Shown piece after piece: positions 16,889 through 25,773 of a stretch of DNA of 30,760 nt (positions within the stretch are counted from its first letter, which is position 1; each line of letters opens with the position of its first letter). The notes under the pieces are model-generated. The model was not told the origin of the DNA. It was given only the letters and a program-made list of their open reading frames with translations, and made no database searches. The stretch spans positions 1-30,760 of IMG/VR virus record IMGVR_UViG_3300037311_000093; one strand, 5' to 3'. Made by a program: the position numbers and the translations under genes. The DNA is from a virus (taxonomy: Duplodnaviria; Caudoviricetes).

Positions 16889-18054
16889 CCTGGCGGGAGC
16901 AGCTCAGGCCCGCCAGCTTTCGCGGCATCCCCTTCGAGGTGGCGGCGACTGCGCGCACCTATGCCAGCGGCGCGGTGGTGCATCGCCTTCCCCAACGCGC
17001 GCTCCCCGTGGTGGAGGCCATGGGGCGAGGCCTGCGCGAGCACACCATCGAGGCCTTCGTCACGGGCGACCAGTACATGCTCCGGCGGGACGCGCTGCAG
17101 ACGGCGGCGGAGAACGCCTCCCGCGGGCGCCTGGTCCACCCCACCCTCGGGGAGCGGTGGGTGGTGTGCGTGGCGTGCAGCGTCACCGAAGCCACCGACG
17201 AGCGCGGCACGGCGCGGCTGTCTCTCCAATTCGTCGAGGTGGCCGAGGTAGAGCAGCTCCCCAAGGGCAAGCCCTACACCCCCACGGTACTTGCCACCGC
17301 CGCCGGTGCCGTCTCCGCGGGCTCGGCTGCTGCCTTCGCGGAGGCCTTCTCCATCTCGGGTGTGCTCGACTGGGTGCGCGTGGATGCGCTCGAGGCCCTC
17401 GCCGACACCGTCTCCGACCTCACCGACACGCTCTATGGGCCGCTGTCGGACACCATCTCCGACGTGGCCGCGGTGGCCGCCGGCGTCGCCAAGCTCGACG
17501 CGGCGCTCGCCACGCTCATCAGCACCCCGGGCCAGCTCGCCACACAGCTCCAGGGCGTGCTCGGGCTCTTCGGCTTTCCGGCCCTGGCCTCGCTGCTGGG
17601 GGGAGCTGGGGACGAGGAGCCGGCGGCGACAGGCACCCCCAGCGCGGCGCGAGCTCGCGACAATCGCGAGGCACTCCGCCGCCTGGTGGCCACCTCGGCG
17701 CTCGCCGCTGCGGGGGCCGCGCTGGCGGAGGAGGACTTCGGGAGCTGGAACGAGGCGGTGTCGCGGCGAGACACGATGCTGGCTGCAGCCGAAGCCGAGC
17801 TCCTGGTGGCCACCGACCCCGCCCTCGAGGCTGCGCTGAACGCCCTCGTGGTGGCGGTGGTGGACGACGTGGACACCCGGGCCGCCGGCGCGCCGCGTGT
17901 GCGCACCCTCACCGTGGAGCGCATCACCTCCGCGCTCGAGCTCGCGACAGAGCTCTACGCGGACGGCACAAGGGCCGAGGAAATCGCCGCCCGCAACGAC
18001 ATCGCCCACCCGGGCTTCGTGCGCGCCGGCGCGCTGGAGGTCCTCACCGCATGA
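16885..18054 (+). CDS. Mu gpN-like DNA circulation protein
   Basis: MTWREQLRPASFRGIPFEV, GRLVHPTLG, LYADGTRAEEIAARNDIAHPGFV. Confidence 0.93.
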   Translation: MTWREQLRPASFRGIPFEVAATARTYASGAVVHRLPQRALPVVEAMGRGLREHTIEAFVTGDQYMLRRDALQTAAENASRGRLVHPTLGERWVVCVACSVTEATDERGTARLSLQFVEVAEVEQLPKGKPYTPTVLATAAGAVSAGSAAAFAEAFSISGVLDWVRVDALEALADTVSDLTDTLYGPLSDTISDVAAVAAGVAKLDAALATLISTPGQLATQLQGVLGLFGFPALASLLGGAGDEEPAATGTPSAARARDNREALRRLVATSALAAAGAALAEEDFGSWNEAVSRRDTMLAAAEAELLVATDPALEAALNALVVAVVDDVDTRAAGAPRVRTLTVERITSALELATELYADGTRAEEIAARNDIAHPGFVRAGALEVLTA

Positions 18055-19118
18055 GCGACCAGGCCTCCATCGAGATCGGCGGGGTGCTCTACGAAGGGTG
18101 GACCCGCATCAGCGTGGCCCGGTCCCTCGAGGCCGCGGCCAGCACCTTCGCGCTCGAGCTCGTGCACTCGGCCGAGAGCCCCCCGGCTGTGCTCCGGCAG
18201 GCCTCGCCGGTGCGCGTGTGGCTGGGGGATACCCCCGTGCTCGCAGGCCACATCGAGAGCGTAGCGATAGGCCACGCCGCAGACGCCCGCTCCATCCAAG
18301 TCGCAGGCAGGAGCCGCACGGGGGACCTGGTGGACTGCTCGGCCATCCACCCCTCGGGCCGCTGGGGCCAGGTCACGATCGGGGCGCTCGCCGCCGAGCT
18401 CGCCAGCCCCTTCGGCGTGGAGGTCTTGGCGGTGCCGACCGCCCCCATGAAGCACGCGCTCGAGCCCGGCGAGACCGTCTTTGACACCATCGAGCGGGCC
18501 GCTCGCTACGAAGGGCTGCTCGTCACCGACGACGCGGAGGGCCGGCTCGTGCTCGCCAGAGCAGGCGCCACGCGCGCCGACGTGGCGCTCGAGGCGGGGC
18601 AGAACATCCTCCGCTCGGAGCTGTCCACCAACGCCGCGCAGCGCTTCACCCAGTACATCATCCGCGGCCAGCGCGCCGGCGATGACCTGGACTTCGGCTC
18701 CACCATCAACCGCGTGGAGGCCTCCGCCACCGATGACCAGCTCCCGCGCTACCGGCCCCTGGTACTCCGCGCAGAGCGGGCCGTGACGCCAGAGCAGGCC
18801 CTCGCGCGAGCGCGCTTCGAGGCCATGGTGAGGGCGGCGCGCAGCACTCAGGTGCACGTGGCCGTGGTGGGCTGGAGGCAGACCACGGGCGGGCGCCTGT
18901 GGACCGTGGGCGAGCTCGTGCGCGTAGCCGACCCGGCTCTGGGCGTGGACGCGGACTTCGTGGTGGTGTCTGTGAGCTTCGCGCTCGACGAGTCCGGCTC
19001 CATCACCGAGCTCGAGCTGCAGCCCCCCGAAGGCTTCGGCGTGCTCTCCGAGCCACGCAAGGCCACCGGCACCACCCGCAAGGTGGGCGCGTGGGCTGAG
19101 CTCGAGGGGGGCGTATGA
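18051..19118 (+). CDS. Baseplate hub protein (Mu gp44/gpP-like)
   Basis: YEGWTRISVARSLE, GRSRTGDLVDCSA, LEPGETVF, RYRPLVL, VVGWRQ. Confidence 0.93.
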   Translation: MSDQASIEIGGVLYEGWTRISVARSLEAAASTFALELVHSAESPPAVLRQASPVRVWLGDTPVLAGHIESVAIGHAADARSIQVAGRSRTGDLVDCSAIHPSGRWGQVTIGALAAELASPFGVEVLAVPTAPMKHALEPGETVFDTIERAARYEGLLVTDDAEGRLVLARAGATRADVALEAGQNILRSELSTNAAQRFTQYIIRGQRAGDDLDFGSTINRVEASATDDQLPRYRPLVLRAERAVTPEQALARARFEAMVRAARSTQVHVAVVGWRQTTGGRLWTVGELVRVADPALGVDADFVVVSVSFALDESGSITELELQPPEGFGVLSEPRKATGTTRKVGAWAELEGGV

Positions 19119-19573
19119 GAGGCCTCATCACGCGCGGGCTCGCGCTGCTCGTGGACGCGGCGAAGAAGGTGCAGCGCCTCCAGGTGGAGGGCGCCGCCGG
19201 CGAGCTGCGGGACGACGTGGAGCACCTCGAGCCCTATGGCCTCACTGCCCACCCCGTGCCTGGCGCGGAGGTGGTGGTGCTCACTCCAGGCGGCGCGCCT
19301 GACCACGCCGTGGTGGTGGTGTGCGGCGACCGGCGCTATCGCCTCAAGGGTCTAGCCCAAGGCGAGGTCGCGCTCTACGACGACCTGGGCCAGAAGGTAC
19401 ACCTAACCCGGACAGGCATCCGCGTGCAGGCCCCGCTCGTGGAGCTCGCGTCGAGTGGCGCGAGCCTCACCGCGGCCAATGGGGTGGTGACCGGCGTAGG
19501 GGTGGACCCCTTCACCGGGCAGACCTACGCCGCTCTGGGGGCGGCGTCCCAAACCGTGAGGGCCTCGGCATGA
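19115..19573 (+). CDS. Baseplate spike protein (Mu gp45 / gpV-like)
   Basis: DDVEHLEPYGLTAHP, DRRYRLKGL..GEVALYDDLGQKVHL. Confidence 0.92.
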   Translation: MRGLITRGLALLVDAAKKVQRLQVEGAAGELRDDVEHLEPYGLTAHPVPGAEVVVLTPGGAPDHAVVVVCGDRRYRLKGLAQGEVALYDDLGQKVHLTRTGIRVQAPLVELASSGASLTAANGVVTGVGVDPFTGQTYAALGAASQTVRASA

Positions 19574-19833
19574 TGAACGCCGCCACATTGGCGGTGGCGA
19601 CCATCGCCGCCGTGGACGCCGTGGGCCCACCGCTGCCGGGGGAGACGATGGCCGCCTATCGGCTGCGGGTGGAGACCGCCCGAGCCCAGGCCCTCATCAC
19701 GCACCTGGCCACTACCATGGAGGTGCGGGCCGCCGGCGCCGTGGAGACGGGCATCCCTGTGGCCGTGGGTGCCAGCACCGGCGCCACCACTGCGCCGGGC
19801 AACGTCAACTGTCCGGCTGGGAGTGTGTCTTGA
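19570..19833 (+). CDS. Small hypothetical baseplate-region protein
   Basis: 87-aa ORF coupled by ATGA and TTGA overlaps between gp45 and gp46. Confidence 0.65.
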   Translation: MMNAATLAVATIAAVDAVGPPLPGETMAAYRLRVETARAQALITHLATTMEVRAAGAVETGIPVAVGASTGATTAPGNVNCPAGSVS

Positions 19834-20288
19834 GCGGTGGCACCTGGATAACCGTGGCCTCGGCCGACGGCCAACAGGCCGTCTCTGGCCTCGAGGTGGA
19901 CTTGCTGGACCTCGACGGGGAGGGCTGGCCCGCCCTCGCGGGGGCCGTGCTCGCGTCGCTGTGGTGCGATGCTCGAGCCCCGGAGGAGTTCGCGGAGGGC
20001 AGCTCCCGCGGCGGGTGGTGGGCGGACGCCTACCTTGGGGACACGTGGGGCTCGCTGCTGTGGACCCTCGAGCGCTCGCTCCTCACCGACGAGACCTGTC
20101 GGCAGGTGGAGGCCTACGTGCTCGAGGCCCTCGCGTGGCTCCTCGAGGACGAGGTGGCCAAGGCCGTGAAGGCCACCGCCCGCAGGGAGGGCACCTCGGA
20201 GATCGTCCTCGAGGTGACTATCGAGCGGGCGGACGGCTCGACTCTGGCGCTCGGCTGGTCCGAGCAGTGGCAGCGGATGGTGAGCTGA
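19830..20288 (+). CDS. Mu gp46-like baseplate protein
   Basis: AVLASLWCDARA, RGGWWAD, GSLLWTLER, EALAWLLED. Confidence 0.92.
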   Translation: MSGGTWITVASADGQQAVSGLEVDLLDLDGEGWPALAGAVLASLWCDARAPEEFAEGSSRGGWWADAYLGDTWGSLLWTLERSLLTDETCRQVEAYVLEALAWLLEDEVAKAVKATARREGTSEIVLEVTIERADGSTLALGWSEQWQRMVS

Positions 20289-21358
20289 TGGCGTTCGTCG
20301 TACCCACTCTCGAGGAGCTCATCGACACCGTCGCGGGGTCGCTAAATGCGTCGCTCGATGGACAGGATGCCCGCGTGCGTCGCTCCGTGCTGCGCGCCCT
20401 GGCGGTGACCCAGGCTGGCGTGGCGCGTACGCTGCACCAGTACGTGGGCCACGCCGCGCGCCAAGTCCTGCCCTCGACGGCCGATGGAGAGGCGCTTGAC
20501 GCCCACGCGGCCATTGCAGGCCTCACGCGCTGGCCAGCCGCTCAGGCCACCGGCACAACGCGAGCCAGCGCCTCGAGCACGGGCATCTCCATTCCTACCG
20601 GGACGGTGCTAGTCCGGGCAGACGGGGCCCGCTTCGTGACCACCGCCGACGCCACCACCGCAGGCTCCCCCGCTGTGGCAGACCTCAGCGTCCAGGCGGA
20701 GCTCGCCGGCGCCGCTGGCAACTGCACCGCGTCCACCATTCTGACCTTGGTGTCGCCCATCTCTGGGGTCACCAGCGCCACGACAGTGCAGAGCCCCGGC
20801 GTCTCCGGTGGCACGGACCAGGAGTCCCACGAGGCCCTTCGCGCCCGCATCCTGCAGCGCCTCCGCAACACCCCGCAGGGTGGCAGCGCCGCCGACTATG
20901 AGGCGTGGGCGCTCGCTGTGGCGGGGGTGGACAAGGCCTGGGTTCGCTCGCCGCTGGCGGGCTTCGTGACGGTGTATCCCGCCGTCGCTGGCAACAACCC
21001 CATCCCCAGCGGGGGCCTGGTGTCGTCGGTGCAAGCCGCCCTCGACGCCAAGCGCCCGGTGGCGGCGACCGTCACCGCCGTTGCCCCAACGGCCCTCACG
21101 GTCAACATGACGATCGCCGTCTACCCCAACACCACGGCCGTGCAGTCGGCGGTCACCGCCGAGCTGCAGAGCCTCTTCGCGCGGCTGCGCGAGCCGGGCG
21201 GGACCATCCGCAACTCCGAGGTGCGGGCCGCCATCAGCGCCGCCGACGGCGAGGAGTACCACTCCCTCAACTCCATCGGTGGCGACGGCACCGGCCTCTC
21301 CAACATCGTGCAGAGCTCGAGCCAGCTCGCCGTCCTGGGGACCATCACATGGGCCTGA
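20288..21358 (+). CDS. Baseplate J / Mu gp47-like wedge protein
   Basis: MAFVVPTLEEL, QVLPSTADG, GGTDQESHEALRARIL, PQGGSAADYEAWALAVAGV. Confidence 0.94.
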   Translation: MAFVVPTLEELIDTVAGSLNASLDGQDARVRRSVLRALAVTQAGVARTLHQYVGHAARQVLPSTADGEALDAHAAIAGLTRWPAAQATGTTRASASSTGISIPTGTVLVRADGARFVTTADATTAGSPAVADLSVQAELAGAAGNCTASTILTLVSPISGVTSATTVQSPGVSGGTDQESHEALRARILQRLRNTPQGGSAADYEAWALAVAGVDKAWVRSPLAGFVTVYPAVAGNNPIPSGGLVSSVQAALDAKRPVAATVTAVAPTALTVNMTIAVYPNTTAVQSAVTAELQSLFARLREPGGTIRNSEVRAAISAADGEEYHSLNSIGGDGTGLSNIVQSSSQLAVLGTITWA

Positions 21359-21915
21359 CGGACTCACGATACTGGTTCGCCTACGGGCCTCAGTATGAGG
21401 ACATCCAGCGCCGCCTGCTGCCCCGGGGGCGTCTCTGGGAGTCCGCGGTCACTGTCACGGAGGCCATCGAAGGACTGGCTAGGCAGTGGGCCGCGGTGCA
21501 CAACCGCGTCCTCGACCTCCTCGAGGAGGCGGACCCGCGCTCGGCCGACGAGCTGCTCTCCGCGTGGGAGGAGTGCTACGGGTTGCCTGGTCCCTGCACC
21601 GGCCTCGCCGCCACCGTCGAGGACCGGCGCCTGGTCTTGCACGCCAAGCGCATCGCGAGCGGGGGCTCGAGCCGGGCCTACTTCATCAGCCTCGCCGCCG
21701 CGCTGGGACTCACCGTCACCATCGACGAGAGCGCCCGCCCCTTCCGGGTGGGCGCGCGGGTAGGTGGGCGCCTGTACGGCACGGAGTGGCAGCACGTGTG
21801 GACGGTGGTAGCGCCCACCGCCGCGAGTGGCACCGACGTGGCCGACTCTATGGAGTGCCTCTTCGGCAGCCTCAAGCCGGCCCACACCCGCATCGTCTTT
21901 TCCTACACCGCGTGA
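21349..21915 (+). CDS. Mu gp48 / YmfQ (DUF2313)-like baseplate protein
   Basis: LLPRGRLW, LLEEADPR...WEECYGLP, GGSSRAYFI, MEC....LKPAHT. Confidence 0.92.
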   Translation: MGLTDSRYWFAYGPQYEDIQRRLLPRGRLWESAVTVTEAIEGLARQWAAVHNRVLDLLEEADPRSADELLSAWEECYGLPGPCTGLAATVEDRRLVLHAKRIASGGSSRAYFISLAAALGLTVTIDESARPFRVGARVGGRLYGTEWQHVWTVVAPTAASGTDVADSMECLFGSLKPAHTRIVFSYTA

Positions 21916-21924
21916 GGTAGACCC

Positions 21925-23580
21925 GTGTTTAGAATCGACACCGCCGACAACAACCCGACTCTGCCCACCCCTTCCGCGGTAGGGACACAAGGCTACTTCC
22001 AGCCAGGCAACCCGGGCACGGGCACGCCGGCCACCACCCTGACCTCGGAGTGGGCGAACGCGGTGCAAGAGGAACTGGCCTGGGCCATCGAGACCTTCGG
22101 CGTGGTGCTCGATAAGGCGTCCGCTGTGCAGCTCGCGGGCATCCTCTCCGACCGCATCAAGGCCATCCGGTGCCACACATCGGACACTGGGGAGCTGACC
22201 ACCGCCTTCCTGCGGGCGGTGCTCGCCGCCACCGACTCCAGGGCAAGCGGCACAAACGCCATCGTGGCGGCTTGCGATGACATGCACGCGAGCGGGCAGA
22301 GCTCCGCCGCGGTGGCCGCGGAGAGCTCGAGCTCCACCGCTCAGGTGGTGGCCGCGCTCCGCTCCATGGTCGCCGCCTGCCTCGACTGCGGGACGGTGGG
22401 CAGCGGTGGGCGCGAGGCCGCCATCATCGGCTCTGAGCTCTGCGACACCACCTCCACGGCGCGGGCGGCCGTGCTGCTTGCTGCGCTCTACGGCTCCATC
22501 ACGGGCACCCGGTGCGCGGTGGTGGCCTCCGAAGGAACCAGCGGAGTCAAGGTCGGGGCCACGGGCACCAACGCGCTGGTGGGTGCGTCCAAGCGCTCGA
22601 GCGGGAGCGTGGACAACGCCGGCGCCGAGTCCGCCATCCTGGCCGTGCTCGACAGCTACATCAGCGCCGGCGTGACGCGCGCCATCCTGGCGGGAGCTCG
22701 CGGGAGCTACATCGACGACGGGGACGCCGTGGGGCTCATCGCCGCGCGGGACAGCCGCGTGGATGGGGGCAGTCCACAACAGGCCCTCCTGGCTGCAAGC
22801 AACACCTGCAAGCTCGGAGGGGGCGCCAACGTAGCGCTCATCGGCTCCATCAACGTGGAGCTCCACGGGCGCAGCAATGGCGTGGGGGGTGGCTACCACG
22901 GGAGCGCGCCGACGTTCAGCGGCACCACCCAGAACCTCAAGTGGTGGCTCGACAGCGAGTTGGGTGAGGGCAACGCCACCGCGTGGAATACCGGCGGGGC
23001 GGACTATGCCGAGCTCTTCGAGAACGCGACCGCGGGCGAGATCCCCGTGGGCAGCTTGGTAGCCCTCGAGGGCCGCCGGGTGCGCGCCACCCGGGCCGGT
23101 GACCGCATCCTCGGCGTAGTCAGTGCCACCCCCGGCGTAGTGGGCAACGCCGCCGAACTCGGCTGGTCTGGCCAGTACGTGCGCGACGTGTGGGGACGCA
23201 TCGAGACACGTGCTGTGGAGTGGGTGAGGTGGCGCGACCGAACGGGGGCCATCGTCTACGACGGCCCGCTGGCATCGGCCCGCAAGCCTCCGAAGTCGGC
23301 CCAGCGATACACGAAGATGACCCCGGTGGAGTCTCCCCACTACGACCCCACGCGCCCCTATATCGGGCGCCGCCAGCGGCCTGCGGAGTGGACGGTGGTG
23401 GCCCTGCGAGGCCAGGTGCGCGTGCGGGTAGACCGAAGCGTGACGCCGGGGTGCTTCGTGGCTGCTGGAGATGGCGGCATCGGCACCAGGGAACGCTCGG
23501 ACTCCTGGCTTCAGGTGATGGAGATCGTGGCGCCGTGGACCGCCGAGCAGGGCTTTGGCGTGGCGCTGGTCATCATTTGA
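21925..23580 (+). CDS. Tail fibre/spike with a C-terminal Peptidase_G2-like intramolecular chaperone
   Basis: Mu/SfV-type N-terminus (MFRID...GYF..GNP.TGTPAT...WANAVQEEL); central repeats of about 14-16 aa; GADYAELFE...ILGVVSATPGVVGN...RDVWGR...EWTVVALRGQVRVR. Confidence 0.88.
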   Translation: MFRIDTADNNPTLPTPSAVGTQGYFQPGNPGTGTPATTLTSEWANAVQEELAWAIETFGVVLDKASAVQLAGILSDRIKAIRCHTSDTGELTTAFLRAVLAATDSRASGTNAIVAACDDMHASGQSSAAVAAESSSSTAQVVAALRSMVAACLDCGTVGSGGREAAIIGSELCDTTSTARAAVLLAALYGSITGTRCAVVASEGTSGVKVGATGTNALVGASKRSSGSVDNAGAESAILAVLDSYISAGVTRAILAGARGSYIDDGDAVGLIAARDSRVDGGSPQQALLAASNTCKLGGGANVALIGSINVELHGRSNGVGGGYHGSAPTFSGTTQNLKWWLDSELGEGNATAWNTGGADYAELFENATAGEIPVGSLVALEGRRVRATRAGDRILGVVSATPGVVGNAAELGWSGQYVRDVWGRIETRAVEWVRWRDRTGAIVYDGPLASARKPPKSAQRYTKMTPVESPHYDPTRPYIGRRQRPAEWTVVALRGQVRVRVDRSVTPGCFVAAGDGGIGTRERSDSWLQVMEIVAPWTAEQGFGVALVII

Positions 23581-23596
23581 CGATTCATTTGACGAT
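23573..23596. repeat. 12-bp tandem duplication TCATTTGACGAT x2 at a convergent gene junction
   Basis: Read directly; the first copy holds the fibre stop, the second holds the stop of the minus-strand gene. Confidence 0.85.
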
Positions 23597-24307
23597 GGAG
23601 CCGTCTATCTTCATCCTGCCCTTCTCGTCGCGGATAGCGGTGGCAATCGCGTAGGCGTAGGCCTCCGCGAAGGCCTCCGGCCAGCCGTCCCCCACCACAC
23701 TCTCCACTGTGCGCTGGAAAGGCCATCTCCTTGGCACCCGGACTGTGGCGTGGAAGAAGTACATAATCTTCAGCCGCGGGCGCTCGCCCTTCACCCGCTT
23801 GCCGATCTCCCACTCTTCAATGCCCTTTCGCCCAGGCTTCCGCCGGGCCACTGCCCCGAGGGGGCCGATGGGCGCGAAGAAGAAGGGGTTGCCCTTCTCA
23901 CGCTTCAAGAGCGCCTTCGGCCACCATCGGGGCCCGAGCATGGTGGTGGGCGACCGACGCGCGCCGCCGGGTGGTGACACGACGATGGCGCGGCTGCCTG
24001 GCCTGGGCTTCTTGACCCCGCCGGTGGCCTGGCGCTGCATGAACTCGTCGCGGGAGCCCACTTCGACCTTCAGGCTATACTTGCTCGTCTTGCCAGCGCG
24101 GATGCCCTTCTTGGGCCAAGAGTTCGCCTTGTTTCCGCGGAGGCGGAAATGGTCCCCGAGCTCGTCTCTGAGCTTCTCCACGCTCGCGTTCTGGAGCTGG
24201 ATGAGCGCCTTGGAAGCGGCGAACTTCACTTGCTTGTCCGCCACCGACATCCCCCGCAGGAAGCCGGTGGTGTCCACATAGAGCGAGACGGGTCCGTCGC
24301 TGCTCAT
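23585..24307 (-). CDS. Basic gpZ-like tail completion / neck protein
   Basis: GGGAG RBS; KQVKFAASKAL, FMQRQATGGVKKP, LKIMYFF...VPRRWPFQRTV...AIATA resemble prophage minor tail Z-like proteins. Confidence 0.65.
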   Translation of the reverse strand: MSSDGPVSLYVDTTGFLRGMSVADKQVKFAASKALIQLQNASVEKLRDELGDHFRLRGNKANSWPKKGIRAGKTSKYSLKVEVGSRDEFMQRQATGGVKKPRPGSRAIVVSPPGGARRSPTTMLGPRWWPKALLKREKGNPFFFAPIGPLGAVARRKPGRKGIEEWEIGKRVKGERPRLKIMYFFHATVRVPRRWPFQRTVESVVGDGWPEAFAEAYAYAIATAIRDEKGRMKIDGSIVK

Positions 24308-24397
24308 CGCATCTCCCGAATCGGGGTTTAGCCAGCGCCACCTCGCCGGCCTTTTCTTTAGCCACCGTAGCCCCTCGGCCGAGCTCGTCGCCAGCAT

Positions 24398-24418
24398 ATC
24401 CGTGGCTCCGAGCCCCGG
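24398..24418 (+). repeat. Dispersed motif, copy 3 (ATCCGTGGCTCCGAGCCCCGG), intergenic
   Basis: 20/21 match to 8997-9017; the CCCC ends 36 nt before ATG 24453. Confidence 0.9.
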
Positions 24419-24452
24419 CACCGCGTGACAGTGCCTCCGACACGGAGGACCC

Positions 24453-24824
24453 ATGCTGCGCACCCTCATCGCCCTCGTCTCTGCCTTCGTCTTCGCCTGC
24501 GTCGCCATGGCGCAAGTGCAGCCCGGAATCGCCGTCATCTCCGCCAGCACCGCCAACCCGGCGACCGGCACCGCCACGCCTGGCCCGCAGTACCGGGCCG
24601 CGCTGTGCGTGGTGACGGTGGACGACGGTGGGAGTCACGCGGTGACGGTCGAGTCGAAGGCCTGCGCCGCGTGCCCCTGGGTGTCCGAGTCCGCCATGGG
24701 CGGCACGGTCACCCCGAGCGCGCCGCATCAGGTGCGCGTGGTGGGCTACTTCCACCAGCTCCGCTTCAGCGTCGCCAACGCCGGCGGCGACACCGTCAAC
24801 ACCTGGTGCACCTTCCACAACTGA
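24453..24824 (+). CDS. Predicted secreted beta-rich protein
   Basis: GGAGG RBS; Sec signal MLRTLIALVSAFVFACVAMA; four Cys in the mature part. Confidence 0.8.
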   Translation: MLRTLIALVSAFVFACVAMAQVQPGIAVISASTANPATGTATPGPQYRAALCVVTVDDGGSHAVTVESKACAACPWVSESAMGGTVTPSAPHQVRVVGYFHQLRFSVANAGGDTVNTWCTFHN

Positions 24825-24831
24825 GGTCGCT

Positions 24832-25773
24832 ATGTCCCGACTGCTCGCGCTCCTGCTCGCGTTCTGTCTCCCGCTCGTGGCCCACGCCGACACCGTCGTC
24901 TTCTGGGGTGGTGGGGTGTGCGGCACCTCGAGCGCCCTCCCGGTGGCGGCCCACGCTGGCACCGGCTGCCCCAGCACCGGGAGCTGGCTCGTACAGACCC
25001 TCGCCATCGGCACCGACGGCACCGTGTGCGTGTGCACCGTGGCCGGCTCGCCTGGGACCTGGGTGGAGGTGGGCGGAGCCGGGGCCATCAATGACCTCTC
25101 CGACGTGACCATCACCGCCGCCGCCACCGGCGAGGTCATCAAGTACAACGGCACGGCGTGGGTGGACGGCACCATCGACGGCTCCGACGTGGGCCTCGCC
25201 GACAGCCCCGGCTCGGACGGCGTCTACCAGCTTACTCGTAGCAGCGGGACAAACTCGTGGACGGCGGCGAGTGGCGGGGGTGGCGCATCCTGGACCGCTG
25301 GCACCACCGAAGGCCTCGAGACGCTCAACACATCTGGCGTGGTCCTGGCCCGCTGGCCCCTGCCCTCGGGCTGGATGGCCGCAGGCTCGAGCGCGCACCT
25401 GGTGGCGGACCTGCTCACGATCTCGAACGCGAGCTCGCGCTTGGTGGACCTCCGCTGGCAATTCCGGGACGTATCGGACAGTCCCGTCTTCTACATCACG
25501 GGCTCCGCTGCCACTGGCCTCTCCACGCCGGTCGGTGGCCAGGCGTTCCAGTGCCAGCTCAACGTCTACATCTCGGATGTCTCGTCCGGTTTCTTCTTCC
25601 GCACCGCCACCAAGACCACACTCTCCACGAGCGTGGCGAGTAGCACCGTCTATGTGGAGGCGATGTCCTCGCTCGCGACGGCCACCCAAATCGTCCTCCT
25701 GGGCGACCAGGACGCCGGCTCCGATACGACGATGACCGCCTTCGCCATCCGCGGCATGGACACCACGCCATGA
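24832..25773 (+). CDS. Predicted secreted protein with tail-fibre-like motifs
   Basis: GAGG RBS; signal MSRLLALLLAFCLPLVAHA; VCTVAGSPGTW and INDLSDVTIT...GEVIKYNGTAWV; Ser/Thr-rich beta C-terminal domain. Confidence 0.82.
   Translation: MSRLLALLLAFCLPLVAHADTVVFWGGGVCGTSSALPVAAHAGTGCPSTGSWLVQTLAIGTDGTVCVCTVAGSPGTWVEVGGAGAINDLSDVTITAAATGEVIKYNGTAWVDGTIDGSDVGLADSPGSDGVYQLTRSSGTNSWTAASGGGGASWTAGTTEGLETLNTSGVVLARWPLPSGWMAAGSSAHLVADLLTISNASSRLVDLRWQFRDVSDSPVFYITGSAATGLSTPVGGQAFQCQLNVYISDVSSGFFFRTATKTTLSTSVASSTVYVEAMSSLATATQIVLLGDQDAGSDTTMTAFAIRGMDTTP

Noticed and set aside
12707-21915. Transposable Mu-like phage
   Set aside because: Only the tail is Mu-like; packaging is lambda cos type, replication is P4-primase type, and no transposase is present in the window.
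9558-23340. Long minus-strand ORFs (e.g. 9558-11006, 12138-13826, 16066-18009, 21364-23340)
   Set aside because: Antisense shadows of GC3-rich structural genes; no recognisable motifs.
12159-23580. Tailocin, eCIS or T6SS
   Set aside because: The tail genes are contiguous with complete head, packaging and replication genes.
21925-25773. Diversity-generating retroelement or invertible fibre cassette
   Set aside because: No reverse transcriptase, invertase, template/variable repeat pair or flanking inverted sites seen.
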